A DNA stretch of 41,268 bases, from the NCBI GenBank assembly GCA_030618605.1, contig JAUXDC010000002.1, positions 1 through 41,268 on the forward strand. Direction: 5' to 3'. Position numbers and translations under genes: made by a program. The notes under the pieces are model-generated. The model was not told where the DNA came from and made no database searches. It was given only the letters and a program-made list of their open reading frames with translations. This stretch comes from Holophagae bacterium (lineage in GTDB: Bacteria; Acidobacteriota; Thermoanaerobaculia; Thermoanaerobaculales; Sulfomarinibacteraceae). Of this stretch, positions 8,830 through 17,431 are shown in pieces; the first letter of the stretch is position 1; the number at the start of each line of letters is the position of its first letter.

Positions 8830-10062
8830 ATGACCGAGACGATCTACCTCGACAACAACGCCACGACCCGGGTCGCTCCCGAGGTCCTCGATGCCATGAA
8901 GCCATTTCTGGATGAACTGTATTTCAACCCCTCGTCGGTCTATGAGGCGGCGAGAACACCGAGGGATGCCGTCTCAAAAGCGCGAAAGACGGTGGCCCAA
9001 TCGTTGGGCGCCCGGTCAGACGAGATCCTCTTCACCGGCTGTGCGACCGAGAGCAACAACACCGCAATCTTCGGCACGATTGCCGCCAACCCGGGCCGCA
9101 GACACATCATCACGACCGGGGTAGAACACCCTGCCGTCTTTGAGGTCGCCGGAGAACTCAGACGCCGCGGTTTTGAGGTAGACTTTGTCCCGGTCGACCG
9201 CTCGGGGCGCCTGGACATGGGCGCCTACGTCCGTGCCCTTCGGCCCGACACCCTGCTGGTTTCGGCGATGCACGCCAACAACGAGACTGGAGCGGTCTTT
9301 CCTGTCGCCGATATCGCCCGGATCGCCAAGGAGACCGACCCCTCGGTCGTTGTGCACACCGATGCAACGCAGACCGCCGGCAAACTTCCGTTGGACCTCC
9401 GGAACGACCTCAAACATATCGATCTCTTATCCTTGTCCGGACACAAACTGCACGCCCCCAAGGGCATCGGCGCCCTATTCGTCCGTCGCGGCACCCCCTG
9501 CCGGCCCTTCATGCTGGGCGGCCACCAGGAAGACGGCCGGAGGGCCGGGACCGAGAACGTCGCCTTCATCGTCGGCTTGGCCCGTGCGTTGGAGTTGGCC
9601 GGCGAGCACCACGAACAGGACGAACAGAGAATTCGTAGCCTCAGGGACCGTCTGGAAGCCGCACTGTCCAAGGCCATCCCCTACTCCGAGGTCAACGGCG
9701 GTGAGGTCAAACGCCTCTCGAACACCCTCAACCTGGCAATCCATTTCATCGAAGGCGAGGGCATGCTCTACCAGCTCTCGGCCGAGGGCATCTGCGCCTC
9801 GTCAGGCTCGGCCTGCACCTCGGGTTCGCTGGAACCCTCCCACGTCTTGCGCGCGATGTCGGTCCCCTTCACCGCCGTCCATGGGTCCATCCGTTTTTCA
9901 CTCTCGCGCTACACGACCGAAGCCGAGATTGACAGGGTCATCGAGGTCTTCCCGCCTATCGTCAACAACCTCAGACGTCTCTCTCCCTTCTGGGATGCAA
10001 AGACCAGCGCTCCGCGCCCAGAAGCCGAACCGCTGATGCATCAGACGGAAATGCCGGGATGA
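8830..10062 (+). CDS. Cysteine desulfurase, NifS/IscS family (PLP-dependent)
   Basis: The start is at MTETIYLDNNATTRV, a typical class-V aminotransferase N-terminus; the listed ORF 8476.. is an upstream extension. The PLP-lysine motif is SLSGHKLHAPKGIG and the catalytic Cys loop is SSGSACTSGSLEPSHVL. Confidence 0.92.
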   Translation: MTETIYLDNNATTRVAPEVLDAMKPFLDELYFNPSSVYEAARTPRDAVSKARKTVAQSLGARSDEILFTGCATESNNTAIFGTIAANPGRRHIITTGVEHPAVFEVAGELRRRGFEVDFVPVDRSGRLDMGAYVRALRPDTLLVSAMHANNETGAVFPVADIARIAKETDPSVVVHTDATQTAGKLPLDLRNDLKHIDLLSLSGHKLHAPKGIGALFVRRGTPCRPFMLGGHQEDGRRAGTENVAFIVGLARALELAGEHHEQDEQRIRSLRDRLEAALSKAIPYSEVNGGEVKRLSNTLNLAIHFIEGEGMLYQLSAEGICASSGSACTSGSLEPSHVLRAMSVPFTAVHGSIRFSLSRYTTEAEIDRVIEVFPPIVNNLRRLSPFWDAKTSAPRPEAEPLMHQTEMPG

Positions 10063-10086
10063 CAAAGCTGTCTCATGACAGCTTTG
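10063..10086 (+). terminator. Perfect 10-bp hairpin CAAAGCTGTC-tcat-GACAGCTTTG immediately after the cysteine desulfurase stop
   Basis: Read directly. It starts 1 nt after the TGA (10060-10062). No U-tract follows. Confidence 0.5.
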
Positions 10087-10088
10087 GG

Positions 10089-10117
10089 GTCGAAGAGTCG
10101 AAGAGTCGAAGAGGTCG
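10089..10117 (+). repeat. Octamer tandem repeat (GTCGAAGA)x3 plus a partial unit
   Basis: Read directly: gtcgaagagtcgaagagtcgaagaggtcg. Confidence 0.85.
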
Positions 10118-10196
10118 CTGCGGTCAGGCTCTCAGAGCGGAGGGAGGAATTTCATTACCGAGATTCGTCAGACGAGTTGAAGCTTTGGGTTCGCTC

Positions 10197-10213
10197 AACG
10201 CATGCGTTTTTTG
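10197..10213 (+). terminator. Weak candidate intrinsic terminator: palindrome AACGCATGCGTT followed by TTTTT
   Basis: Read directly. The usable stem is only 4-5 bp, so this is a weak call. Confidence 0.25.
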
Positions 10214-10403
10214 GGTGAGTTGTGGGATAACGCCTGTTCCATGCCTGCAATTGTGCCATGACCGCCAAACCAACAAGAACGAACAGCCCTCAGAATCGCG
10301 CTCAGCCCATCCCATTCGAGAGCCAATTTCTTCACTGACTTTCAGACCACAGAATAGCAGATTGGAAAACCCGCCACTTTGCAGCGACCCCTTCGACCCC
10401 GTC

Positions 10404-12593
10404 CTACAGCCGTCCCCGAAGGGTCAAGGTGAAGGAACGACCCGGCGCGAGAACCGCATCTTCATCGGCGGAACCCAGATAGGTTCGGTCGAAGAGGTTC
10501 CGGCCGAGTAGCTGAAGTTGGATTTTCTCGGAGAATGCCCATCCTATCGCGCCGTCCAGCACGGCATAGCCGGGAATAATCTGCTCTGAGGGACCCGGGT
10601 CGTCGTGGCGGGCGAAGGCCGCACCCCGGATCATCCACCTGAGACCCTCCGGCTTCGAGTCCCGCAGAACCAGGGATACCCCGGGAGCGGGGATGTCATC
10701 GACCGGAGAACCGTCGTCCCGAACCTCACCATCCAGCCACCATGCCCCGAGGTGCAACGACAGGGAATCGGACAACGACCTTGCCGCCTCGAGTTCGATG
10801 CCGCGGATTTCACCCTCGCCACGATTACGGAAGAAGTAGTCGTCATCGATTTTGTACCTCTCCACCATGTCCCTGATCCGGTAAAGGTATGCGGAGCCGC
10901 CCACATTCCAGGTGCCGGAGCGATAACGCAGCGCCAGGTCAAACTGATTGGCAGTCTCCGGGTCAAGGCCGGGGTTTCCCGTGATGAATCCTCGGCCGGT
11001 CTCTCCCCGGTAGTAGCGATCGGACAGCAGGGGATCCCGAAATCCGCGCGCCAGCTGAAGGGTCAATTCCAGGTTGTCGACAAGTTCAATTCCAGCTCCG
11101 ACATAACCTGAGACCGCTTCGTCCGAGGTCGAATGATCACCAAAATATCCACCTGAGTTTGATGTTCGAACCAAATCCAGGCGTAATCCACCGGAGAGCC
11201 GAACGGGTCCGAGGGATCCGTGGAGGGCAGCGAACAGGCCATAGTCCTGGTTCTCTGCATCTTTGATGGCCTTTTCGCTGAAGATCTCCTGCAACTGACC
11301 ATCCGGCCCGGCTTCAAACCCGGTATTGAGTGACTCGAGGCCATACCTCGAGGTGATGTTGGCCCCCAGGACCAAGCGGGACGAGCCCAGTGAACGCTCC
11401 ACCTCGAGCCGCATTTCCATATCGTTGGCACGCGTGTCCGACTGGGCCCGTTCGGTCGGTTGTGAACCGGGGTCCAGATCGTCCTTGTTCAAAACCAGTT
11501 GATAACGATCCCAGGCCACCGACACAGAGAGCCTCTTCCAGTCTCCAGACAACGGTTGTTCGAAGGCCAGGTTGAGCCGGTCAGAGTCCTCCAAAGGGTA
11601 AAAGCGCCGTTTGGTCTTCGACTCCGGGCTGGGCTTGCCGACATCCCGGGCCCTGTCGGAGCGCCATGACATACGAAGTACGCCTCGGCCGATCACACGC
11701 TGCCAGCCTGCCCGGATGCCCCACGTCTCCCATCGTGTATCAAAGACCTCACCCTCGGGACTGGAATAGTCCGAATAATCCCGAACGTGCGCGCCGAGGA
11801 GGAAGCCACCTCCAGCAAGGGGCATTTCGACATCTGCCGCGGCACCCCAGCCCGGCATGCCCTGGGCGCCCTCAAGGGCATAGCGCACTCCGATTCCATC
11901 GGGATAGGGCGAGGGCATCCGTGACCGTGCCCGGATGATCCCTCCAAAGGCATCCGATCCGTAGGCGACCGACCCCGGTCCTCGGATCACTTCGATCTCA
12001 CCAAGCGTATCCGGATCCAGGAAGGTTGCCGACGCGCCTGCACGACGTTCGGTAACGACACGGCCGTCATCGAGGAGGATCAACGTCCGGTGCTTGGGCA
12101 GGCCTCGCAGGCTGGGCACGACCGAACGTCCCTCTCCCCCCCTGCCGGCCCCGGGCACAGTTGCCATGACATCACTCAAGGAGGTGGGAACCCTTTGGTC
12201 GAGTTCCTCCCTGCCGAGAATGGTCGCCACAGCCGCCGGAGGCAGTTCGAGGTCCGAGATGACCGCGCTGACCACTTCGACCGTGCCCCCGATCGCCCCT
12301 ATGACCAGCGTCTGAGGCGGTTCCTCAGCCCACTCAACCAGCGTCATCGGCTTCAGGGCAACCCCGTCGGCACGCGCGACAATCAACACGACGGGCAAGT
12401 CCGGAGTTGGGTCGAGATCGACCAGACCCTGGCCATCGGCGATCCAACTGCCCGGAAGACCGACCACCGTTACGTGAGCGCCTGCCAGGGGCCTGCCGTT
12501 CGAACTGACAAGAACCAACTCGACGCCAAAGATCGAATGAACCATGCTGATCAGGAGTAATGAAAAAAAGACTGGGGTCAGGAACCTCTTCAA
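10404..12593 (-). CDS. TonB-dependent outer-membrane receptor with N-terminal carboxypeptidase-regulatory-like domain
   Basis: The plug region is LSDVMATVPGAG...SLRGLPKHRTLILLDDGRV...EIEVIRGPGSVAYGSDAFGGIIRA, followed by a long beta-barrel. The start is chosen at TTG 12593, with GGAGGA 3-4 nt upstream, giving the signal peptide MKRFLTPVFFSLLLISMVHSIFG. The listed 873-aa ORF (to 13025) runs through the riboswitch on the other strand. Confidence 0.85.
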   Translation of the reverse strand: MKRFLTPVFFSLLLISMVHSIFGVELVLVSSNGRPLAGAHVTVVGLPGSWIADGQGLVDLDPTPDLPVVLIVARADGVALKPMTLVEWAEEPPQTLVIGAIGGTVEVVSAVISDLELPPAAVATILGREELDQRVPTSLSDVMATVPGAGRGGEGRSVVPSLRGLPKHRTLILLDDGRVVTERRAGASATFLDPDTLGEIEVIRGPGSVAYGSDAFGGIIRARSRMPSPYPDGIGVRYALEGAQGMPGWGAAADVEMPLAGGGFLLGAHVRDYSDYSSPEGEVFDTRWETWGIRAGWQRVIGRGVLRMSWRSDRARDVGKPSPESKTKRRFYPLEDSDRLNLAFEQPLSGDWKRLSVSVAWDRYQLVLNKDDLDPGSQPTERAQSDTRANDMEMRLEVERSLGSSRLVLGANITSRYGLESLNTGFEAGPDGQLQEIFSEKAIKDAENQDYGLFAALHGSLGPVRLSGGLRLDLVRTSNSGGYFGDHSTSDEAVSGYVGAGIELVDNLELTLQLARGFRDPLLSDRYYRGETGRGFITGNPGLDPETANQFDLALRYRSGTWNVGGSAYLYRIRDMVERYKIDDDYFFRNRGEGEIRGIELEAARSLSDSLSLHLGAWWLDGEVRDDGSPVDDIPAPGVSLVLRDSKPEGLRWMIRGAAFARHDDPGPSEQIIPGYAVLDGAIGWAFSEKIQLQLLGRNLFDRTYLGSADEDAVLAPGRSFTLTLRGRL

Positions 12594-12629
12594 GAGTCCT
12601 CCGAACGCGAGACCATAGCACCGTAGTGG

Positions 12630-12674
12630 GCAATTCGTCGAACGAGGGCATGTGTAAGAGGTCGAACGAATTGC
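12630..12674. repeat. Inverted repeat GCAATTCG...CGAATTGC (29-nt spacer) containing the direct repeat GTCGAACGA
   Basis: Read directly. It lies about 37 nt upstream of the TBDR start on the minus strand. Its arms are nearly identical to the hairpin at 4364-4384 (shared ACGAATTGCTT(T)GCC). Confidence 0.6.
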
Positions 12675-12720
12675 TTTGCCCCTCTGGGACGGTGAAAGGT
12701 CAAACGAGGGCATGGATCCC

Positions 12721-12749
12721 TTGACCCGCCCTGTCCATCGCGCTACGGT
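12721..12749 (+). promoter_or_regulatory. Candidate sigma70-type promoter for the riboswitch/btuB-like transcript (TTGACC-17 nt-TACGGT)
   Basis: The -35 is at 12721-12726 and the -10 at 12744-12749, with 17-nt spacing. The predicted start site lies a few nt before riboswitch P1 (12763). This rests on sequence match only. Confidence 0.4.
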
Positions 12750-12762
12750 GTCATCGACATTT

Positions 12763-13021
12763 GGGATGGTCAAACCCGGAGACGGCGACAGCGGTGCAGA
12801 TGCGCGTCGAAGCGATGATTTCCGGGCAGGGGAAGCCGGTGAGAATCCGGCGCGGCCCCCGCCACTGTAACCGGAGACGATGGGTTCTAGGAAAGAATGG
12901 GGAAACCCGTTCCGACCAACCACTGGATGGCGTAAACCTCTGGGTTGGCCACTGGGAAGGTGAACCTCTCGGTGTCGTGTGAAAGTACGACAGATCCGGG
13001 AGCCAGGAGACCTACCATCCC
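12763..13021 (+). promoter_or_regulatory. Cobalamin (B12) riboswitch
   Basis: The conserved core GGGAAGCCGGTGAGAATCCGGCGCGGCCCCCGCCACTGTAA (about 12828-12870) is present, as are a second GCCACTGGGAAGG element (12948-12960) and the B12 box AGCCAGGAGACCTACC (13001-13016). A P1 candidate pairs GGGATGGT (12763-12770) with ACCATCCC (13014-13021). The element sits 25 nt upstream of the GTG of a BtuB-like receptor, whose SD is GGGAGG at 13033-13038. Confidence 0.9.
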
Positions 13022-13045
13022 CCAACCGAAACGGGAGGTTTCACC

Positions 13046-14893
13046 GTGTCTGTACGCCGTCTTTTTTCTGTTCCCTGTCTTCTCGCCCTTTACCTCGCTT
13101 TGGGGCTCCCCAGTATCTCAATCGCCCAGGATTCAACTTTCTCTTCCGAGATTACCGTCACGGCCACCGGCACGGAGGAGGGCCTCGAAGACGTCCCCCT
13201 TCCGATCACGGTGATCACCGAAGAGGAAATGGAAAACGCACAGACCGAATCGGTCGCCGATATCCTCAGGAGGGTTCCCGGCCTCAACGTCGTTCAATCC
13301 AGCGGACCAGGTTCGGTGACCTCGGTCTTTACCCGGGGTACCGAAAGCGACCACACTCTCGTGATGATCGACGGCGTCCGCCTCAATTCCCCGTATTTCG
13401 GGGGCTTCGATTTCTCTCAGCTTGCCACCGCCGGCCTGGGCCGTATCGAAGTAGCCCGGGGACCCTACTCTGCCCTCTGGGGCGCCGATGCCGTCGGCGG
13501 TGTGATCAATTTGATCCCCGGAACGGGCACCGACGGATTCCGCGGCACCCTGACCGGCGAATGGGGCGGAGGTTCATGGGAACGCTATGAAGGAGCTATC
13601 ACCTATGGATCAGAGGTTTTTGACCTGATGGCCTCCGGCCTTATGAGAGAGGGAGAGGGCGATCTGGACAACTCGGATTTCGACCTTCACCAGGGCCTGG
13701 TCAACGCCGGTCTGAAGTGGGGCGAGGGCAGCAGGATCTCTTTTCTCTACCACGAGGTCGATTCGGAACTGGGAATCCCCTTTTCGTCTCCCGGTACCAT
13801 GACTCCCTTGCGCCGCCAGGAAACCAACCAACGAACCCTGGCAATCCCCCTCAAATGGGCAATCTCGAATCGTTGGTCATTGGAAGCGACGGTTTCCACC
13901 GTTGAGCGAAAACTGGACTTCTCCGATCCCGACGACCCCTGGGGCTTCACCTGGTCTCACACCGAGACCGAGACCACGCAGGCCCGCCTGGCATCCCATC
14001 ACACCCTGGGAAATCACAGACTGTCCTGGGGCGCGGAATGGCGCGAGGACGAAGTGACCGACGGCTCGGTCTACGGCCCCAATCTGGAGGCGGCCAGCTA
14101 CGACATGACCTCGCTCTTCGCCCAGGACGTCTGGCGCATGGGCAACGCCGTGACCCTGGTATTCGGGGCCAGATGGGACGACACAGAACAATGGGGCTCA
14201 GAGATTTCCCCACGAGCCAATCTGGGATGGAGGGTGTCCGGCACCCTGGAACTCCAGGCCGGATATGGCGAGGCCTACCGCCAGCCATCGGTTGGTGAAC
14301 TCTTCTATCCCTTTTCCGGAAATGCCGACCTGCAGCCCGAAACCTCGGACAGCCTCGAAATCGGTCTGGTCTGGGGTGGGCAAAGCCAGACCTCACCGCG
14401 ACTGCACTTCAGCGCCTTCTCAACCGGCATCGACAATATGATCGTGTTTGACTACGTCAACTACTCCCTCCAGAACATCGGCCGGGCCGAGATCAACGGC
14501 TTCGAGGCAGCGTTAGACGTCGTCCACTCCGATGCGCTGAACTCTCACATGCAGATCACATGGTTGGATACCTCCGACGGTTTCGGCAACGAACTGCTCA
14601 GACGTCCCGAATGGAGCGGCGCCTACACTCTGTCCGGAACCTTCCTGTCCTGGCTCAAGGGCTATGGAACCGTCAGGTATGTCGGCCACCGCTTCGATAT
14701 CGATCCCCTGACCTTCGAGACAACACGAACAGACAATTTTATTACTGCCGACCTCGCGGTGGCCACTCAAATCTGGGACACCATCGAGTTGACCCTGCGA
14801 GCGACCAATCTGTTGGATGAGCACTACGAGGAGGTTCTCGGCTATCCCGCCCAGGGGCGCCGGATCATCGGTGGTGTTCGATTGGATTTTTGA
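13046..14893 (+). CDS. btuB: TonB-dependent receptor, BtuB-like (vitamin B12/cobalamin-type)
   Basis: 615 aa with a GTG start. It has a signal peptide ending ...SISIAQ, a TonB-box-like EITVTATG, the plug LRRVPGLNVVQSSGPGSVTSVFTRGTESDHTLVMIDGVRLN and ...RGPYSALWGADAVGGVINLI, and a C-terminal ...GGVRLDF. It is preceded by the cobalamin riboswitch. Confidence 0.88.
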   Translation: MSVRRLFSVPCLLALYLALGLPSISIAQDSTFSSEITVTATGTEEGLEDVPLPITVITEEEMENAQTESVADILRRVPGLNVVQSSGPGSVTSVFTRGTESDHTLVMIDGVRLNSPYFGGFDFSQLATAGLGRIEVARGPYSALWGADAVGGVINLIPGTGTDGFRGTLTGEWGGGSWERYEGAITYGSEVFDLMASGLMREGEGDLDNSDFDLHQGLVNAGLKWGEGSRISFLYHEVDSELGIPFSSPGTMTPLRRQETNQRTLAIPLKWAISNRWSLEATVSTVERKLDFSDPDDPWGFTWSHTETETTQARLASHHTLGNHRLSWGAEWREDEVTDGSVYGPNLEAASYDMTSLFAQDVWRMGNAVTLVFGARWDDTEQWGSEISPRANLGWRVSGTLELQAGYGEAYRQPSVGELFYPFSGNADLQPETSDSLEIGLVWGGQSQTSPRLHFSAFSTGIDNMIVFDYVNYSLQNIGRAEINGFEAALDVVHSDALNSHMQITWLDTSDGFGNELLRRPEWSGAYTLSGTFLSWLKGYGTVRYVGHRFDIDPLTFETTRTDNFITADLAVATQIWDTIELTLRATNLLDEHYEEVLGYPAQGRRIIGGVRLDF

Positions 14894-14951
14894 TGGTCGG
14901 CCTCGGGCGGGGATAACTCCCTCCCCTACAGGACCGCACCCTAAAGCGTAG

Positions 14952-14972
14952 GGGCGGGGTTTATCCCCGCCC
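14952..14972 (+). terminator. GC-rich hairpin GGGCGGGG-tttat-CCCCGCCC downstream of the btuB-like gene
   Basis: Read directly, 59 nt after the stop. The 5' arm sequence GGGCGGGG also occurs at 14905-14912. There is no U-tract. Confidence 0.45.
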
Positions 14973-15141
14973 GTTGCTGAAACAGACAAGGAATCTTGGG
15001 CAACCGGCTCGATTTCAGGGCTGGTCGCCTTCGGTTGTTTCAGAAATATTCCCAACTTCGTGTAACCCTTCCGATGTTCAGGACAAGAAATAACTGGAAA
15101 GGATGAAACCGGAAGAAAAAACTCTCGTATATGAGCAAGTG

Positions 15142-15170
15142 TTGCAATTTCGTAGAGACTGTGTTTCAAT
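15142..15170 (+). promoter_or_regulatory. Candidate sigma70-type promoter (TTGCAA-17 nt-TTCAAT) in an AT-rich island upstream of the Cys/Ala-repeat gene
   Basis: Sequence match only. The surrounding region (15060-15213) has markedly lower GC than the rest of the window. Confidence 0.3.
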
Positions 15171-15213
15171 AACAATGTGGACCGGAAGAAAAGAAAAAAG
15201 AAGGAGAAACCCC

Positions 15214-15750
15214 ATGAAAAAAACCCTGATCATCTGTGCTGTTGCCGTTCTGAGTCTTGGTGTCGCCGCTGGCGTTACCGCCCATTGCGGCAAAGAAGGC
15301 TGTGCAAAGAACAGTGAAACGACGAAGACGGCAGCTTCCGGTTGCGACAAGGCGGCGAAGACCAATGCCGAGGACGGATGCTGCCCCAAGGCCGCCGCAA
15401 AGGCCGCATACGACAAGAGCTATGAGGCGACCGGTTGTTCCAAGACCGCTCAGGCCTCAGCGAACGACGCCATGGCCAACTCTGCCTACAAAAACAGCTA
15501 CGCCAAAACCGGTTGTGCCAAAACCGCGACCAAGGCCGCGTACGGCGCCGTTCACGATGCCACCAGTTGCTCGAAATCCGCAACCGCAGCAGCAACCCAT
15601 GCCGCCAAGAAAGCCGCCTACGACTCGACCTACGCAGCAAAAGGCTGTTCCAAGTCCGCCGGCCACGCTGCTGACGAAGCGGCAAAGAGTGCTGAGGCCC
15701 TCTTGGCCTCCAACGCTGAAGCTACCGCGAACGACGCGGACGCTTCCTGA
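15214..15750 (+). CDS. Small secreted Ala/Cys-rich repeat protein (178 aa), unknown function
   Basis: AAGGAG at 15201-15206 lies 7 nt before the ATG. The signal peptide is MKKTLIICAVAVLSLGVAAGVTA. The mature part has 9 Cys, almost all in G-C-x-K contexts, and four ~25-aa repeats of the form AAYxxxYxxxGCxK(T/S)A. The listed 215-aa ORF is an upstream extension. Confidence 0.75.
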   Translation: MKKTLIICAVAVLSLGVAAGVTAHCGKEGCAKNSETTKTAASGCDKAAKTNAEDGCCPKAAAKAAYDKSYEATGCSKTAQASANDAMANSAYKNSYAKTGCAKTATKAAYGAVHDATSCSKSATAAATHAAKKAAYDSTYAAKGCSKSAGHAADEAAKSAEALLASNAEATANDADAS

Positions 15751-15764
15751 CATAGTCTCCTCCT

Positions 15765-15787
15765 GACCCGGGCATTGTGTCCGGGTC
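15765..15787 (+). terminator. Hairpin GACCCGG-9 nt-CCGGGTC after the Cys/Ala-repeat gene
   Basis: Read directly, 15 nt after the stop. It is followed by a C-run and then TTT. Confidence 0.45.
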
Positions 15788-15808
15788 CCCCCCCCCTTTC
15801 ACCGGCGG

Positions 15809-15832
15809 CGCCCGGGCTTCACGGCCCGGGCG
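15809..15832. terminator. Perfect 9-bp GC hairpin CGCCCGGGC-ttcacg-GCCCGGGCG
   Basis: Read directly, in a convergent intergenic region. Confidence 0.45.
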
Positions 15833-15881
15833 TTCGCCTGTGTGGCCATCATTGTCCGTGAAAAACAGAAACACAAATGAA

Positions 15882-15957
15882 CCACGAAAACACGAAGAAC
15901 ACAAAGCGGAAAGTACTTTAAACAAAAAATCCCTTCGTGCTCTTTGTGTCTTTGTGG
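15882..15957. repeat. Imperfect 25-nt inverted repeat (CCACGAAAACACGAAGAACACAAAG / CTTCGTGCTCTTTGTGTCTTTGTGG) in an A-rich island
   Basis: Read directly. 20/25 positions are complementary, plus 2 G-U. The right arm abuts the hydrolase stop codon (15959-15961). Confidence 0.7.
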
Positions 15958-15958
15958 T

Positions 15959-17431
15959 TTAACGGTCTTCTTTCTTTTCCTCGAATCCCAGAAACTGATC
16001 GATCATCGGGGGGATGATTTCGAAGAAGGGGTTGTAGCGGAGGCGCATCAAGAGGCTCAATGGGACAACCAGCGCACCTTTTTCACCCCGTGGATCGATG
16101 CGCCCCAGCGGGAAGGGATCTCGCCAAACCGGACCGACACCGTATATCGGATCGTCCGCAGGGAAGGGCAAGGCGACGTGGGAAAGGGAATACACCCCTC
16201 TAGGCCACTCCATTTTGAGGTGGTCAATTTCAGGATTTCCCGGCGGCGAGCCTGCCCTAACGGTTCGAAGTTCAATCGCGGAGGTCTCGGGAGACCGATT
16301 GGTGACGATCACGATGTCGAAGGACCGCGGCCCCCCTTTTCCGACTGCACCCAATACCCGGCTTGCCTCCGGTGTGAGAAAAGCCTCACTTTGAGCTTCA
16401 CGATCGACGTCAAAAAGTACCAACCGACTGCCATTGGCATCGAGGCGCAAAAAGAGGCGAGAAAGCGATGCTTCCGGGGGGACTGTGGCATCGACAACCG
16501 ACTGAAAACTGAGAACCGGCGGAAGCTGGTTCAAGCGACTCTCCCGCTGCAATCGCTGCAGCTTCCTCTCGAGGTCACTCGTCAAACGGTAGATTTCCTC
16601 CCCTGCCCGGAGGGGAAAGGAGTTGAATTTGAAAGGATCGTACTCGGGAAGGATATCTGTCCACGCCAGTTTCTCCAGCCCCGGAAGGGCACTGACCAGA
16701 CGCTGCCACCGGGCGAAGGCCGCGATGCGGCTGACGGCGAAAGCCGGAGAGAAAAACACAAGGCGCTGCGGCGCTGGAAGGTCCTCGTCACTCAGCGCAT
16801 CCAGGGTGTAATCCAGGGCCAGTGCCGCACCGTTTGAGTATCCCACCAGGATCAGGGGTTGGGACGGCCCCAGCCGATCTCGAACTGCCTGCGCCCCCAA
16901 CCGAACCGCAGCCCGCCAGTCCTCCATCCTGGAGGCAGTCAATCCTCCAGGGACTCCGCCATGGCCCGGCAACCGTAGTCCGACGCACACGACGCCTCGA
17001 CTCTGGAGATGCTCGGCGACGGCATGAAGACTATAGGGCGAATCCGAAAGGCCATGGAGAAGGAGGGCCCCTGCAACCACTCGTTCCGGCTCGAGGCTGT
17101 AGGTTCGATTCCAATTCCGGGGAAGGGTATCGGGGTTGGTCGGACTTGTGGGGTCCAACCGCGACAGCATCGGCCAAGTATCGACCTCATTTTTCAGGGT
17201 GCCGGCAATGTCATCAAAGAGACCGTCTTCGAGCGCCATGTATTCCCTGAGATCGCTGATGTCTCCTGATCGATCTGCAGTGAACTCGGCCTCAGGCTGC
17301 AATCGGTGCCACACCTCCAAGTTGGCCTGGTTCCTGGCCATCAGGATGTAGGGACCCATAGATCCCAGCACAATCCCGACCGCCAGGGCCGCCCCGATGA
17401 GCACCAGGATCTTCCAGGTTGTCCTGCTCAC
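15959..17431 (-). CDS. Membrane-anchored alpha/beta-fold hydrolase (lysophospholipase/esterase-like)
   Basis: 490 aa with the N-terminal TM helix WKILVLIGAALAVGIVLG. It has LLLHGLSDSPYS (oxyanion region) and the nucleophile elbow GYSNG. The 4-nt overlap with the upstream EcsC-like gene implies coupling. Confidence 0.8.
   Translation of the reverse strand: MSRTTWKILVLIGAALAVGIVLGSMGPYILMARNQANLEVWHRLQPEAEFTADRSGDISDLREYMALEDGLFDDIAGTLKNEVDTWPMLSRLDPTSPTNPDTLPRNWNRTYSLEPERVVAGALLLHGLSDSPYSLHAVAEHLQSRGVVCVGLRLPGHGGVPGGLTASRMEDWRAAVRLGAQAVRDRLGPSQPLILVGYSNGAALALDYTLDALSDEDLPAPQRLVFFSPAFAVSRIAAFARWQRLVSALPGLEKLAWTDILPEYDPFKFNSFPLRAGEEIYRLTSDLERKLQRLQRESRLNQLPPVLSFQSVVDATVPPEASLSRLFLRLDANGSRLVLFDVDREAQSEAFLTPEASRVLGAVGKGGPRSFDIVIVTNRSPETSAIELRTVRAGSPPGNPEIDHLKMEWPRGVYSLSHVALPFPADDPIYGVGPVWRDPFPLGRIDPRGEKGALVVPLSLLMRLRYNPFFEIIPPMIDQFLGFEEKKEDR

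Noticed and set aside
12594-13025. N-terminal 144 codons of the listed 873-aa minus-strand ORF (10404..13025)
   Set aside because: The extension is Arg/Pro/Ser/Gly-rich with no signal peptide, and it lies antisense to a well-formed cobalamin riboswitch. An internal TTG at 12593 with an adjacent GGAGGA gives a canonical signal peptide.
15257-15766. 169-aa, 136-aa, 98-aa and 79-aa ORFs overlapping the Cys/Ala-repeat gene in other frames or on the other strand
   Set aside because: These are products of the low-complexity GCN-rich repeat. Only the 15214 frame has an SD, a signal peptide and a coherent repeat structure.
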